Made by a program: the position numbers and the translations under genes. From positions 124,001 through 188,000 of the forward strand of contig JAHDYR010000016.1 in assembly GCA_019828565.1 (NCBI GenBank): 64,000 nt of DNA. Reading direction: 5' to 3'. This DNA comes from Carpediemonas membranifera BICM (Eukaryota; Protista; Fornicata). Every line of letters begins with the position of its first letter. The first letter of the stretch is position 1. Positions 1-10,296 of this stretch are shown here, piece by piece. The notes under the pieces were generated by a model. It did not search any database and was not told the origin of the DNA. It saw nothing but the letters and a program-made list of their open reading frames with translations.

Positions 1-1098
1 ACTGCTCAGGCTGGATCAGATGGGTCACCTTCACAACGCACTGGAGGAGAAGCTCGTCAGTGTGACGCAGGGCGGGGGTCGCGATCACTAGGGAAACGGC
101 CTCGAGCATGGCTGCGGCCCTGCTGTTGCTGTAGTTGACGTCCTTCTTAGTCGTGCTCCCCATCCGATACCGGGTCTCGAACTTGTCCCGCAGCATCTGT
201 ATAGCCGTTTCCTGTAGGATCCTCAGTTGCTCGGAGGTGGGGGTGGGTGGCGCTACCACAGTAATGACTCGGAACGCTGTCGCCATGAGCCAAGGTGGGA
301 CGACTGAGTGGTAGAGCCGGTCCTGCGGGATCCGGCGGTTGATGAAGCACTGAGTGAGGGCGATGAGTGAGGTAAACATGGGTCGGGTCAGCTCGATGTC
401 GACCTCGGCGGCCTTCTCAATAAACCGAAGGGCTGGGAGCAAGAAGGGCCACTGGTACGACGAGACGACCCCTGAGGTATGGATCATGCCGTGGACGTAC
501 GTAATCCAGTTCTTGTCGATCAACTCGAGCGGGCATCGGGCCAGGGTTCCCAAGGCCAGCGCCGTGATGGAGGAGGGCATGTCCTTGTCAAAGGCGATGG
601 ACGACAGGGGATCGATGGCTTGCTGAGAGATGAGGGAGGCCTCGTCGCTCTGCTGCATGGCGACCATGTTCGACACGGTTCGCAGGGCAAGCCGCATGGT
701 GGTGAGGTCCCTCTTGGTCGCCAGGTGCTGCATGATCGAGTTCATCAGGATGATGGGGGTCACCTCTACAAGGTCCCGACGCTTCTGGATATGCGACAAT
801 AGTATGTACCCGGCGACATGGTCCGACACGCTCTTGCTACTGAGGAGCGAGGCGATCATCACATGGCTCGGGTCGATGTCGCAGCCCCAGAGGTGAAGGA
901 GGATGATCTTGTACGCTGCAGAGCTGTGTTAAGATTGATATATGGAGCGTACCGATGCTTGGATGTTGGGACCGTTGCTGACGGCGCGAGGACGTGTTTT
1001 CGTATTTGATAGATTGCCTCTTGTGTTACCTTCTGTTGGAGGTGAGGATAGTCACTGACAGCGTTATAGCTCTTCAATAGCTTTGAAACGCCCCTCAT
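1..1098 (-). CDS. Divergent large adaptin (AP-2 alpha-like) N-terminus; runs off window start; intron 924-952
   Basis: Removing the 29-nt intron GTACGC...TAACACAG gives MRGVSKLL...KHRSAAYKIILLHLWGCDIDPSHVMIASLLSSKSVSDHVAGYILLS, resembling alpha-adaptin MRGL...[35 protein letters not shown]. Confidence 0.65.
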
Positions 1099-1287
1099 GC
1101 TTCGGGAATAGCTCTGTTCATGTCATCGATCATGACATGCCGGCGGGTTTTGCCGGGAAGACATGAGGAATGTTTGCATGTATATCCACTAGTGGTAGTT
1201 CATGTACCCTCTTGCGATGCTTTATACGTATTACGGCCCAGCCAGCATGTAAAAATCACCCAGGTCCCCCAGCCAGCCAGATCTCAC

Positions 1288-1947
1288 TCACTCACCACCA
1301 GCCAATGGCTTGCCCCCTCCCAGGAAGCGGGGTAGGGTCCCGAACAACATCTCCTTCAGCCCCTCTGCCGTGGGCCGCATGAGTCTGGTGTACAGGATGT
1401 ATATGGCCGAGAACGCGAAGAGGAAGAAGCAGACAAACACCAGCAGACGCTCTCGCACGTCGGCCCACCGCACTGCAGCCATAGCTTTCCGCCCCAGCCC
1501 CACTTCCTCGTGGACCATACTGTGCTGAGTGATCGTCGCCCTCATGACATCAGTGGACGCCACCAGAGAGCTCGCGGCACCGTCCTGCTCGGAGACGACC
1601 TCGTTGAGGATGTCGTTAGTGCTGTGCAGGATGGCTTCCAGTGGGTCATTGATCTGTGCACGGTGCCCACCCAAAAGACTCTCGCGGCCCTTGGTGAAGA
1701 GCTTCTTTTGCGCATTCTTGTATGCATGAACGTATTCCTCAGATAAAATATCAATCTTCTTTCTTTGCTCGTCCACAGGAAAGCCTATAGCCGCTTGCTT
1801 GTCCACATTATGCCGAATCTTTCGGATGGACCGCTGACACTGGCTAGCGGCAGATTGAAGCTCATTAACAGTTGCTGTTATTCTTATAAGCCCGATGCTT
1901 TTTTCTAGATTCTCAAGACTCGCCTTAATACTGTTTGCTGTGATCAT
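1288..1947 (-). CDS. SEC20: Sec20/BNIP1-like ER SNARE
   Basis: Coiled-coil SNARE-like region, then GRKAMAAVRWADVRERLLVFVCFFLFAFSAIYILYTRL (Sec20-type C-terminal TM); first ATG at 1947. Confidence 0.7.
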   Translation of the reverse strand: MITANSIKASLENLEKSIGLIRITATVNELQSAASQCQRSIRKIRHNVDKQAAIGFPVDEQRKKIDILSEEYVHAYKNAQKKLFTKGRESLLGGHRAQINDPLEAILHSTNDILNEVVSEQDGAASSLVASTDVMRATITQHSMVHEEVGLGRKAMAAVRWADVRERLLVFVCFFLFAFSAIYILYTRLMRPTAEGLKEMLFGTLPRFLGGGKPLAGGE

Positions 1948-1960
1948 CGTTGTGCCGCAG

Positions 1961-2096
1961 GATAAGAATACTTGAGTCCAAAACACACAGTGATCCGAGC
2001 AGCATCAGGATCGCAGTGTGGTTCATCATACTCTATCAATCGTGCGCAGCATATCACGCGCCGCTGCAGCGCGTGCTTGCTCAACTTAGCTAGTTA
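1961..2096 (-). ncRNA. Putative Fanzor omegaRNA scaffold (locus A)
   Basis: Directly 3' of the Fanzor ORF: small hairpin 2082-2096; CACGCGC/GCGCGTG hairpin with AGCA/TGCT base 2048-2081; long interrupted hairpin 1961-2037 (GATA-GAGTAT/GTATTC-TATC, CACAC/GTGTG, GATCC/GGATC). Confidence 0.6.
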
Positions 2097-3037
2097 ATGA
2101 TAGTGAGGAAGAGCACCTCTCTGGGAGTCGTAGTGGAAAGGAGATTGCTCTATCTGATCTGAAGTTGCATCGTAGGTGCACCAAAGGATGTTCTCGCTGG
2201 CGCTCATATCTCGGTGAGAGAGATTGAGAAGTATGTCTCTCTCTGCTCGGGATGCCGACGTAGCCGTTCAACGCGCCATGGAGCTCCCTCGCACGCGTGA
2301 TTCTGGCAGAGCATGGTGCGGTGTGTGTGCACCACACGTCTGAAGTGTGCTTTGCAGTAAGAAATTCGGAGACCATGTGCGCACTCACGACGACGTTGTG
2401 CCGGAGCATGATGCCAGGGAGAGCTCGAGCAAAGTGGCGGTACGGAGCACAGGACGGAGTGCCGGCGGAACCGAACAGTGCAGCCCCATACGCGACTTCG
2501 AGGTGAATGGGCTCCGGGGGGCACCCGCCGAGATCATCCAGGAGTTGACGTCCAGCCCGGGCGAAGTGTTTCAGGCGCAGACAGTGATTGGCAAAAGTCG
2601 CACGGCGGAAACACTTTCTCGTCCCCTCGTTGATGATCTGAACGATGTTCTCATGGACAAACCTAATCGACTGTTTGAGAGCCTCTAGACTTGTCGTTTT
2701 GAACGATGCTGCGCTCATATTCACGCGGAAAGTGGGGGTGGCAGTGTAGCCACACTTAGCGAGTACGCCAGATAGATACACTCTGCCCGTCTGGGCGGAG
2801 GATCGTGTAGCCGCCCAGCGACCGAGCACCAGGGTCGAAGCCCATGAGAGCTTGAATGTCCGGGGCAGGAGTAGCTTCGGCGTCATCCTGACCGAGCCGA
2901 GCCCGCTTGTTGCTGCTACCCTTTTTGTACGTGGGCCGGTCAGCCACCCGACCGCCACGGTATTTCTCGCGACCCACCCAAACCGTCACAGCAACAGAGA
3001 CCCCGTCAGTCTTCACAGAGAGCACTGCATCGATCAT
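2094..3037 (-). pseudogene. Fanzor1 (TnpB-like RuvC RNA-guided nuclease) pseudogene, 5'-truncated, three frameshifts (locus A)
   Basis: Motifs in order across frames: KTDGVSVAV; GFDPGARSL (RuvC-I D 2834-2836); SFKTTSL; RRATF; VAYGAALFG...APYRHFARAL; VSEFLT (RuvC-II E 2365-2367); CQNHAC zinc finger; LNLSHRDMSASENIL (RuvC-III D 2208-2210); TAA 2094-2096. Confidence 0.85.
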
Positions 3038-3155
3038 TTCTTTTCAGGGTTCATCAGCTAGCAGCATCCCTCAAAACACAAGAAACCAGCAGCATACAAC
3101 ACAAAGCGTCTTTACTACTAGCTACAACCGCTTTCGACCACTAGTGTCTCTCACA

Positions 3156-3347
3156 ACAGACTAAGATGACGAAGACGACGACGACATGAGCTTCAGACGC
3201 CGGCAATGGACGACAGATGAGCGCGTAACAGACGAGCACAGATGCGAAAGAAGACAGCAGCGTTCGACACAGACGATGGACGACAGACGACGCATCTTTT
3301 CGTGCAGACCGACGACTGAAAGCACGAAAGCCCGATTGTACAGACGA
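3156..3347. repeat. Cluster of ACAGA(C/T)G motifs upstream of Fanzor A
   Basis: ACAGAYG at 3213, 3228, 3238, 3269, 3283, 3340; ATGGACGACAGA at 3206 and 3276. Confidence 0.55.
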
Positions 3348-3542
3348 GGGCTGAAGTGGGTGAGTGGAGGTAGTGTGCCGCGCAGGATTAGAATTGTTGA
3401 GTCTAAACCCCCAGTAAACATCTCTAAACGCTACAGCCGTCCTGACATAAACTGCGAAACCGCCCAGATCGTGTCAGATGAGCGTATATGTACCGTATAT
3501 CGTCATGAATCGTTGTTTTTACTCAGGGAATAGTCGTCGCCG

Positions 3543-4232
3543 TCACCCGGCCCCCAGCAGACCATCCAGCTCCGGGCAGAGCAAGGTCTTGATGCTTTCC
3601 AGCGTGCCCCTGTCATCCTCGTCCATCGTCCCCAGCAGATGCCGCAGCAGCGCCCCAACCCTGCCGGTGTCCACGACCACCTTGTACCGCTGGGGGCCCG
3701 TCTTGACCCGGCCGGACCGCTGCACCTTGAGGACGGGGGATGTGGGGTGAGACTTGCCTCTCGTGCCCTTCTGTGCCGTATCCTTTGTCGCTTCCTCGAC
3801 TATGGCCTTCCACTCGTCCGAGCTGAGCAGCCAGAACGTCGACTGGATCGACGGGGGTTCCCCGGCAAGCTTCAGCATGCTAGAGAGCTCGAGGTCCTTG
3901 CTGAGGTTCTTCCGCTCGGCCTTGGTCAGCATACCGGTCCCTAACTCTTCAGCAACGGCCTTGGCGACGGTTCTCTCAACTTTGTCCAGCTCCAACAACC
4001 GGGGCTTCCTGACTGAAGCATCTTTGGACCTAGAAGACTTCGGAGTATCTCTAGATGGCATTCCAGCCTTGTCTAATAGGCTTGATTTCTTGCTGATATC
4101 CTTCTTTCTCGAGCTTTCCTTTAGTGAGGCTTGCTTGGCCTCGTCCCTCTCTTGTTTCAGCACAGTATCCGCCATATTAGCAACAAGAAGATATCTCACT
4201 AAGTTTCTGGCTGATACACGCTCGTCAGTCAT
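3543..4232 (-). CDS. Hypothetical protein, Lys/Ser-rich
   Basis: ~229-codon ORF from ATG 4232; no recognised motif. Confidence 0.55.
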   Translation of the reverse strand: MTDERVSARNLVRYLLVANMADTVLKQERDEAKQASLKESSRKKDISKKSSLLDKAGMPSRDTPKSSRSKDASVRKPRLLELDKVERTVAKAVAEELGTGMLTKAERKNLSKDLELSSMLKLAGEPPSIQSTFWLLSSDEWKAIVEEATKDTAQKGTRGKSHPTSPVLKVQRSGRVKTGPQRYKVVVDTGRVGALLRHLLGTMDEDDRGTLESIKTLLCPELDGLLGAG

Positions 4233-4549
4233 CCTTAATCTCGTCAGCCCTGCCCTCAATCACTTCCGGTGCAGTTTATGCGGTCGCCCAGTCGACGACG
4301 GCTGACACCACGTATGCCAAGGTACAGTCTGCTATAGTCTGAACTGGCAGCATTTAGACGTTCCGACAGGGTTAAAGTGCTGAGACACAGCAATGGTGCG
4401 TCCACCCCGTGACTGGAACTGCATGGTGTGTCATTCCACTCAATTGAGATACTACTGAGCAAAAGACCAGGCCGGCCGCCCGGCGTTGAGTCGATCTGAG
4501 TTGATCGTCGTATCAAAAAGGTGCGTCGTGAGTTGAAAGAAACAAGGAT

Positions 4550-6248
4550 ATGGTTCAGAGACTTGAAAAGTGTGGCATCAATGCTGAGGGACGCCCTGTC
4601 GTTTTCTGTGTGATGGACGGCGTCGGTGTCTTCAAGGAAGGTCCCGGCAACGCCTTCTGGCTCGCCAAGCCCGAGAACATCCTCAAGTTCATCGAGGAGG
4701 CCAAGCAGAACAAGCTCTACCGTGAGATCTACGCCCACGGCGAGTATGTCGGCCTTACCGACGGGGACATGGGCAACAGCGAGGTCGGCCACAACGCCCT
4801 CGGCTCAGGCAACATCTACACGCAGGGCGCCCGCCTCGTCATCGAGTCCATGCGCGAGGGCACCTTCTGGAACACCCAGCAGTGGAAGGACATGGTCGTG
4901 GACACCATTAAGGCCGGCAAGACGGTCCACCTCTTCGGGCTTCTGTCCAGCGGTAACGTCCACTCCCACATCGACCAGCAGATCATGATCATCCAGAAGG
5001 TCGTCGAGTGCGGCGGCAAGCGCATCCGCTTCCACCCCCTGCTGGACGGCCGCGACGTCGCCCCCGACTCCGGCCTCGAGTTCATCGCCCAGCTCGAGGA
5101 GGCCCTCGCCAAGGCCCGTGATGCCGGCTGCGATGCCTGCATTGCCTCTGGCGGCGGCCGCATGCACCTTGTAATGGACCGGTACAACGCCGAATGGTCC
5201 ATGGTCGAGCGCGGCTTCAACCAGATTGTCCACGGTGTGGTCGACCCCGCGGACATCAAGGACGGCTACAAGGGCTACTACACCACCGCCAAGGAGGCTA
5301 TCGAGGAGGGCCGCCGCCTGTTCCCGACCCTGTTGGACCAGTACGCACCTGGCTTCGTCATCGTCGACGCCGAGGGCAAGCCCGTCGGCAAGCTCGAGGA
5401 GGGCGACGTCGTCATCAACACCAACTTCAGAGGCGACCGTGCCCTCGAGATCTCTAACACGTTCGACCAGGGCGCGGAGTTCGACAAGTTCGACCGTGCG
5501 GCCCACGGCCCCTTCCCCGCAGTCAAGTACGCCGGCATGCTCCAGTACGACTCTGACCTGGGCATCCCCAAGACGTACCTCGTGCCCCCGCCGTCCATCT
5601 CTGACGTTATGTCCGAGTACACCTGCGAGCTCGGCATCAAGTCATTCGCCATCGCCGAGACTCACAAGTACGGCCGTAAGTACCCTTTATTTACATTGTT
5701 ACATAGACGTTACGTTCTTCTGGAACGGCAACAGGCTTGGCTATATCAACAAGGCCCTCGAGAAGTACGTCGAGATCCCCTCTGAGCCCAGCGACATGAT
5801 CGAGGCCAACCCCGCCATGAAGGCCAAGGAGGTCACCGACGAGCTCGTCGCCGCCATCGAAGCGGGAGAGTTCGACTACTACCGCGTGAACTACGCCAAC
5901 GGCGACATGGTCGGCCACACTGGGTCCGTCCCCGCCGCCGTGGAGGCCGTCAAGACCGTCGACGAGAGCCTCGGCAGGCTGTGGGAGGCAGTGAAGGCCA
6001 AGGGCGGCATCCTCGTCGTCACGGCCGACCACGGCAACTGCGAGGAGGTGCTCGACGGCAAGGGCAAGCCCAAGACGTCTCACACGACGAACCCCGTGCC
6101 CTTCTGGATCATGGACGCCAAGTACGATGGCAAGTACACCGTCAACCAGGACATCGACGGTGGTCTGGCCAACTGTGCGGCGACGACCATGAACCTCCTC
6201 GGGTATGAGAAGCCGGAGGGCTACATGCAGAGCCTCATCGACTATTAA
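4550..6248 (+). CDS. gpmI: 2,3-bisphosphoglycerate-independent phosphoglycerate mutase; intron 5676-5706
   Basis: VMDGVG, DMGNSEVGHNALG, MDRY, NFRGDRA; AETHKYGHVTFFWNG restored by a 31-nt intron; ANGDMVGHTG, TADHGNCE, SHTTNPVP. Confidence 0.95.
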
Positions 6249-6287
6249 ACTGCCAATAGAATTTTTACTCGCCCCTCTCTCTTTTAT

Positions 6288-7454
6288 TTATTCCTCCTTG
6301 ACCTTCTCGGTGCCTCTATTCTTAAACCAAGCAAGCACCCTGGCTGTCTTGCTCTTGCCCCACTCGGCCTTGCTCTTCTCCAGGGATTCCGCCTCTGCCC
6401 ATGTCAGCACCGCCCCGAGCTGCCCCTGCACCAGGGCGGCCACGACAGTGGTGCCCAGGAGGGCTGGAACGATGTAGAGCAGCGCTGGCTGGGCGTGTGA
6501 GGAGAGGTGCAGCGCTGCTACTGTCGTGATGAGGGCAATGACGTATGCGACCATGTTGGCGACGAAAAGCTTGGGACCCCCTTGGGCCTCGATCTTGTGG
6601 ACGATGACGATGAAGCAGCACGGGATGACGATGTCTCCGAGGCCCAGCATGGCCATCTGGTCGGGCTGTATGTCGAGGATGTTCTTAGGGAAGACCAGCT
6701 TCACGGGAAGATCGATGCCGCGACCAACGCCGACCATGACGGGTGTAGCGAAGACCCAGAAGCAGTCGTAGACAAAGAGACCGATCAGCATGAGGGCGCC
6801 GGCACTGAAGGAGGAAAGAACCATCATAGAGGCGCCGACGATACAGAAGACAACGCCGAAGAGGTTGCAGATGATCCAATGGCGGGTGGCGTAGTAGGCG
6901 ACAACGAAGGGCGCCATCAGGGCAATGCCGACTATCGCAGCTAGAGAGATGTCGTAGGTCGGCTTCTTGGCCTTGTCCTCCTCGTCGTCGTCCTCGTCGG
7001 GCTTGTCGAAGAGGAATGGGAGGAACCGCTCGACAAGGTCGGCAAGCTTCATCAAAGGGCCGACTGGGATGCAGAACTCCATGGAAAGAGCTGGCAGGGT
7101 CTTCGTCAGAAGCGGCTCGGCGAGTTGGCCGCCTGAAATGATGATGACGAAGGCGAAGTAGACGTTCACGAGGGCATTGAAAAACGCCTTGGGGAAGAAC
7201 TTAAGCGCAATAAATAGAGAAAGAAGCGTCCCTGAGAAAAACAGGGGCATAAGGCGCGCCTGCTCCACACCGACAGTATTGGCCTCCTTCTGGGGATTGG
7301 CGGCGGTGAACTTGGTTCCTATGAACACTAGAGCTGCAGCCATGGAGATTAGGGCTCCATAAGCAAACAGAATCTCGTTTCCTTGCAGTATTGAAGTGAG
7401 AACTTCGCTCATGTCGTCGTGTTGAGAGAGATATGGATCTCCATTTACACGCAT
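6288..7454 (-). CDS. SPP: Signal peptide peptidase (presenilin-like aspartyl protease); start may be 7412
   Basis: Multi-pass TM protein with FVYDCFWVF, MLGLGDIVIP and QPALLYIVP motifs. Confidence 0.92.
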   Translation of the reverse strand: MRVNGDPYLSQHDDMSEVLTSILQGNEILFAYGALISMAAALVFIGTKFTAANPQKEANTVGVEQARLMPLFFSGTLLSLFIALKFFPKAFFNALVNVYFAFVIIISGGQLAEPLLTKTLPALSMEFCIPVGPLMKLADLVERFLPFLFDKPDEDDDEEDKAKKPTYDISLAAIVGIALMAPFVVAYYATRHWIICNLFGVVFCIVGASMMVLSSFSAGALMLIGLFVYDCFWVFATPVMVGVGRGIDLPVKLVFPKNILDIQPDQMAMLGLGDIVIPCCFIVIVHKIEAQGGPKLFVANMVAYVIALITTVAALHLSSHAQPALLYIVPALLGTTVVAALVQGQLGAVLTWAEAESLEKSKAEWGKSKTARVLAWFKNRGTEKVKEE

Positions 7455-7634
7455 ATAAATAGCCGTCTTATGCTACCATACAGTCGCTGGGAGTCAACGA
7501 GCCCTAGAGCCGCCACCTCCTCGCCCCGTCAGCGTCGCGTGACTCATGCCATGGATTCCACACACCCCAACCCCGCCACCTCACAACCACACTAAATCTA
7601 ATTGGCTTTACGAGATATAATACAGTGTACTGGG

Positions 7635-9485
7635 TCATACCCCGCCCTTCCTTGTGAGGTCCAGGTCGAGAGCCCTACTGTAGTCCTCAATCGCCCGGTC
7701 CAAGCTGCCGAGAGAGTCGTACGCGGAACCGCGGTTGAAGTAGGCGTTCGCGTTCATCGGTTCACATGAAATGACTCTCTCGAAGTCAGCAACGGCGTCT
7801 CTGAACCGACCGACCTTATCGTAACTGATGCCCCTATTATGTAAAGCATGTACGTTATCAGGGTCAATGTCGAGCACAGCAGAGTAGTCCTCAATGGCAC
7901 TGGAGTAGTTCTTGAGCTTGGCGAAGCAGTACGCCCGGTTGTTCAGGGTCTTCGGGTTGACCGGCCCGATGCGGAGGGCCCTGTCGTAGTCGGCCACGGC
8001 ACGCTCGTACTGCCCCAACTTACGGTATGCAAAGCCTCTGTTGTTGAACACGGCGACCTGCTCGTCGCCGCACTCAATGCACTTGGTGTAGTCAGCCACA
8101 GCCTCCTCGAACAGGCCCAGGTTCCTGTAGCTGAAGCCGCGGTTGTGCGAATACATGCCGACCTCTGGGGCGAGTCGCATGGCCTCAGTAAAGTCGTCAA
8201 TGGCCCCCTGGTGGTCGCCCATGTGGTCTCGAACGAGGCCCCGGGCATTGAACGAGGCTGGCATGGCTGGGTCGAGGGCAAGGGCTCGGGTGAAGTCCGC
8301 CAGGGCCTTTTCATACTCGCCGAGCTTGTCGTAACTGCTGCCGCGGTTGTGGTAGGCGTTGACCGAGCTGTCGTCGATGTTGATGGCGGCCGTGTAGTCG
8401 GCCGCAGCAAGGTCATAGTGGCCCATACGGTCGTAGCTGAAGGCCCGGTTGTAGTATGCCTTAAAGTGCTCGGGATTGAGTCTGATCGCCTCCGTGTAGT
8501 CGCGGACAGCGCGGCTGAAGTCCCCCAGCTTGCGGTAGCTGAAGCCGCGATTGTGGTGGAAGTCTGCGTTTGTCCCGTCGATTCGTATCGACTCCGTGAA
8601 ATCCTCGACGGCCTCCTGGTACTGGGCGAGCCGGTCGTGTGCGATGCCCCGGTTGTAGTGGGCGAAGGCGTTGTCTGGGCAGATGCGGATGGCCTCCGTG
8701 TACGCCTTGATCGCGCTATGGTGGTCACCCAGCTTGTCGTACGAGAACCCCATGTTGAAGTGCGCCCTGAAGTGTGCGGGGTCGAGCGCCACTGCCCGCG
8801 TGTACTCCTCCACAGCGCCTCGGAAGTCGCCCCTCTGCCGCTTCTCCACGCCCCTTGAGTGGTGCACCTCGGCCTCAGTCATCTCTCCGTGCGATCCCAC
8901 GGATTCCACGTCACTAAGGGCCTCGCCCGTCATGAGGGAGAGAAGGTGGTCCTCCACATGTCTCCGAAGTGTCCCCCGGATGCCGTCCTCGGTAATACGC
9001 TCGGTCTTGGGTGTGGCAGGGCGGGGCGGGTCTCTGAGGGAGTCTGGTGCCCGCGGATACAGACCCGCACCAGAGAGCGACGACATCGACGGCGTGCGAC
9101 GGGCTCCGGCGCGACGGCCAATCGACATCGCACGGGGGGTTCCGGTTCGGCGATCGATGTGCGGGGTCATCGGCCGGGGCGCGTGCTCCTCGGCGACAAG
9201 CGCCTCCTCGTAGTCTTCGATGGCTTCAGCAAAATTTCCGCGCTTGTTCTCCACGGAACCGCGAGAATATCGAGCTCCGACGTGACTAGGATCCTTTTCA
9301 AGCACAAGGGAGAAGTCTGAGATCGCTTCTTCGTGCCTTCCGAGGTGATCGTAGATAGTTCCTCGTAGATAGAGCGCTTCGATGTCTATGTCGCCATCCT
9401 GTGGCGTTTTAAGGAGCTCATTCGTCAACCTAAGCGCAGCGTCGAAGTTGCGCTTCTTAATCTCTTTCTGCGCCTGACGCAGCAT
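7635..9485 (-). CDS. Tetratricopeptide repeat protein (~14 TPRs)
   Basis: Repeated 34-aa units such as AYYNRAFSYDRMGHYDLAAADYTAAINID. Confidence 0.9.
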   Translation of the reverse strand: MLRQAQKEIKKRNFDAALRLTNELLKTPQDGDIDIEALYLRGTIYDHLGRHEEAISDFSLVLEKDPSHVGARYSRGSVENKRGNFAEAIEDYEEALVAEEHAPRPMTPHIDRRTGTPRAMSIGRRAGARRTPSMSSLSGAGLYPRAPDSLRDPPRPATPKTERITEDGIRGTLRRHVEDHLLSLMTGEALSDVESVGSHGEMTEAEVHHSRGVEKRQRGDFRGAVEEYTRAVALDPAHFRAHFNMGFSYDKLGDHHSAIKAYTEAIRICPDNAFAHYNRGIAHDRLAQYQEAVEDFTESIRIDGTNADFHHNRGFSYRKLGDFSRAVRDYTEAIRLNPEHFKAYYNRAFSYDRMGHYDLAAADYTAAINIDDSSVNAYHNRGSSYDKLGEYEKALADFTRALALDPAMPASFNARGLVRDHMGDHQGAIDDFTEAMRLAPEVGMYSHNRGFSYRNLGLFEEAVADYTKCIECGDEQVAVFNNRGFAYRKLGQYERAVADYDRALRIGPVNPKTLNNRAYCFAKLKNYSSAIEDYSAVLDIDPDNVHALHNRGISYDKVGRFRDAVADFERVISCEPMNANAYFNRGSAYDSLGSLDRAIEDYSRALDLDLTRKGGV

Positions 9486-9688
9486 CGCTCGTTCGCTGGC
9501 TTCGCGCAGATTATGTCCGATTCATTTCCCCATCTCGGCCGCTCAGTCTGCCTAGCAGGCTTGTACTAACCACTCATTGCACCATCCAGAGTGAAAACCT
9601 GATCATCTTCAGGTGTGTCTCAACCGGCAAGGGGACAAGAGTGACAGCTCAACTTTAAATAAATCCATAGTATTGTACAGCAACGGCC

Positions 9689-10150
9689 TCACTGCTCCCG
9701 CAGCCGCTGCTCGCGGTGGTGGATTGACCACTGCAGCGCGGCCTCGTGCTCCTTCTCACGGCGCGTCCACTTCTTCTGGAACACGCGCGTGTGGTGCTCA
9801 AAGCGCTTCCTCAGCACCTGGACACGCTCGTCGATGAGGGAGGCGGCCTGCTTGATCTGCGGAGGGTCGCATTCAAGCATCTCGTGGATCGGAAAAATTG
9901 CGGGGAAACGACGCTGGAATTCTGTGGGTTCCGCCGTAACTTCGGCGCTGGTCTCGGATATATTGCTCTCTGCACGCGAATGCGCTGGCCTGTGGAGCTT
10001 GCTGACAGGCTTTTCCTGTCCTACAGACGAAATGGTGGATTTCCCGAGATCGCTCATGAGCTGCGCCATCTCGGACTGGATTCTTGATGAGATACTCTCA
10101 AGTGATAGTGCTTCAGCGTCTCTGGCCATCGGGGACTGCAACTGTGGCAT
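9689..10150 (-). CDS. Hypothetical coiled-coil protein
   Basis: ORF from ATG 10150 (MPQLQSP...) with charged helical C-terminus. Confidence 0.55.
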   Translation of the reverse strand: MPQLQSPMARDAEALSLESISSRIQSEMAQLMSDLGKSTISSVGQEKPVSKLHRPAHSRAESNISETSAEVTAEPTEFQRRFPAIFPIHEMLECDPPQIKQAASLIDERVQVLRKRFEHHTRVFQKKWTRREKEHEAALQWSIHHREQRLREQ

Positions 10151-10296
10151 TTTCGAGCAGATGTTCCTAATGGTCCGGAAGTCAGCAAAGATGTATGAAG
10201 ATGTATCAAACACACGCCAGCAGACAGGCCGCCTCCACCCCTGCATTACTCCTATTCCGTTGGTTTATCCGACGCGCATGACGGCATGCCCCCCTC

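Noticed and set aside
2094-3037. Programmed frameshifting to express an active Fanzor
   Set aside because: Three shifts, loss of a zinc-finger Cys and a missing N-terminus fit decay better; no 28-32 nt intron with the local consensus repairs them.
9485-9533. In-frame TGA just upstream of the TPR gene (readthrough or alternative genetic code)
   Set aside because: It would add only 16 codons, and TAA, TAG and TGA all terminate conserved genes elsewhere in the window.
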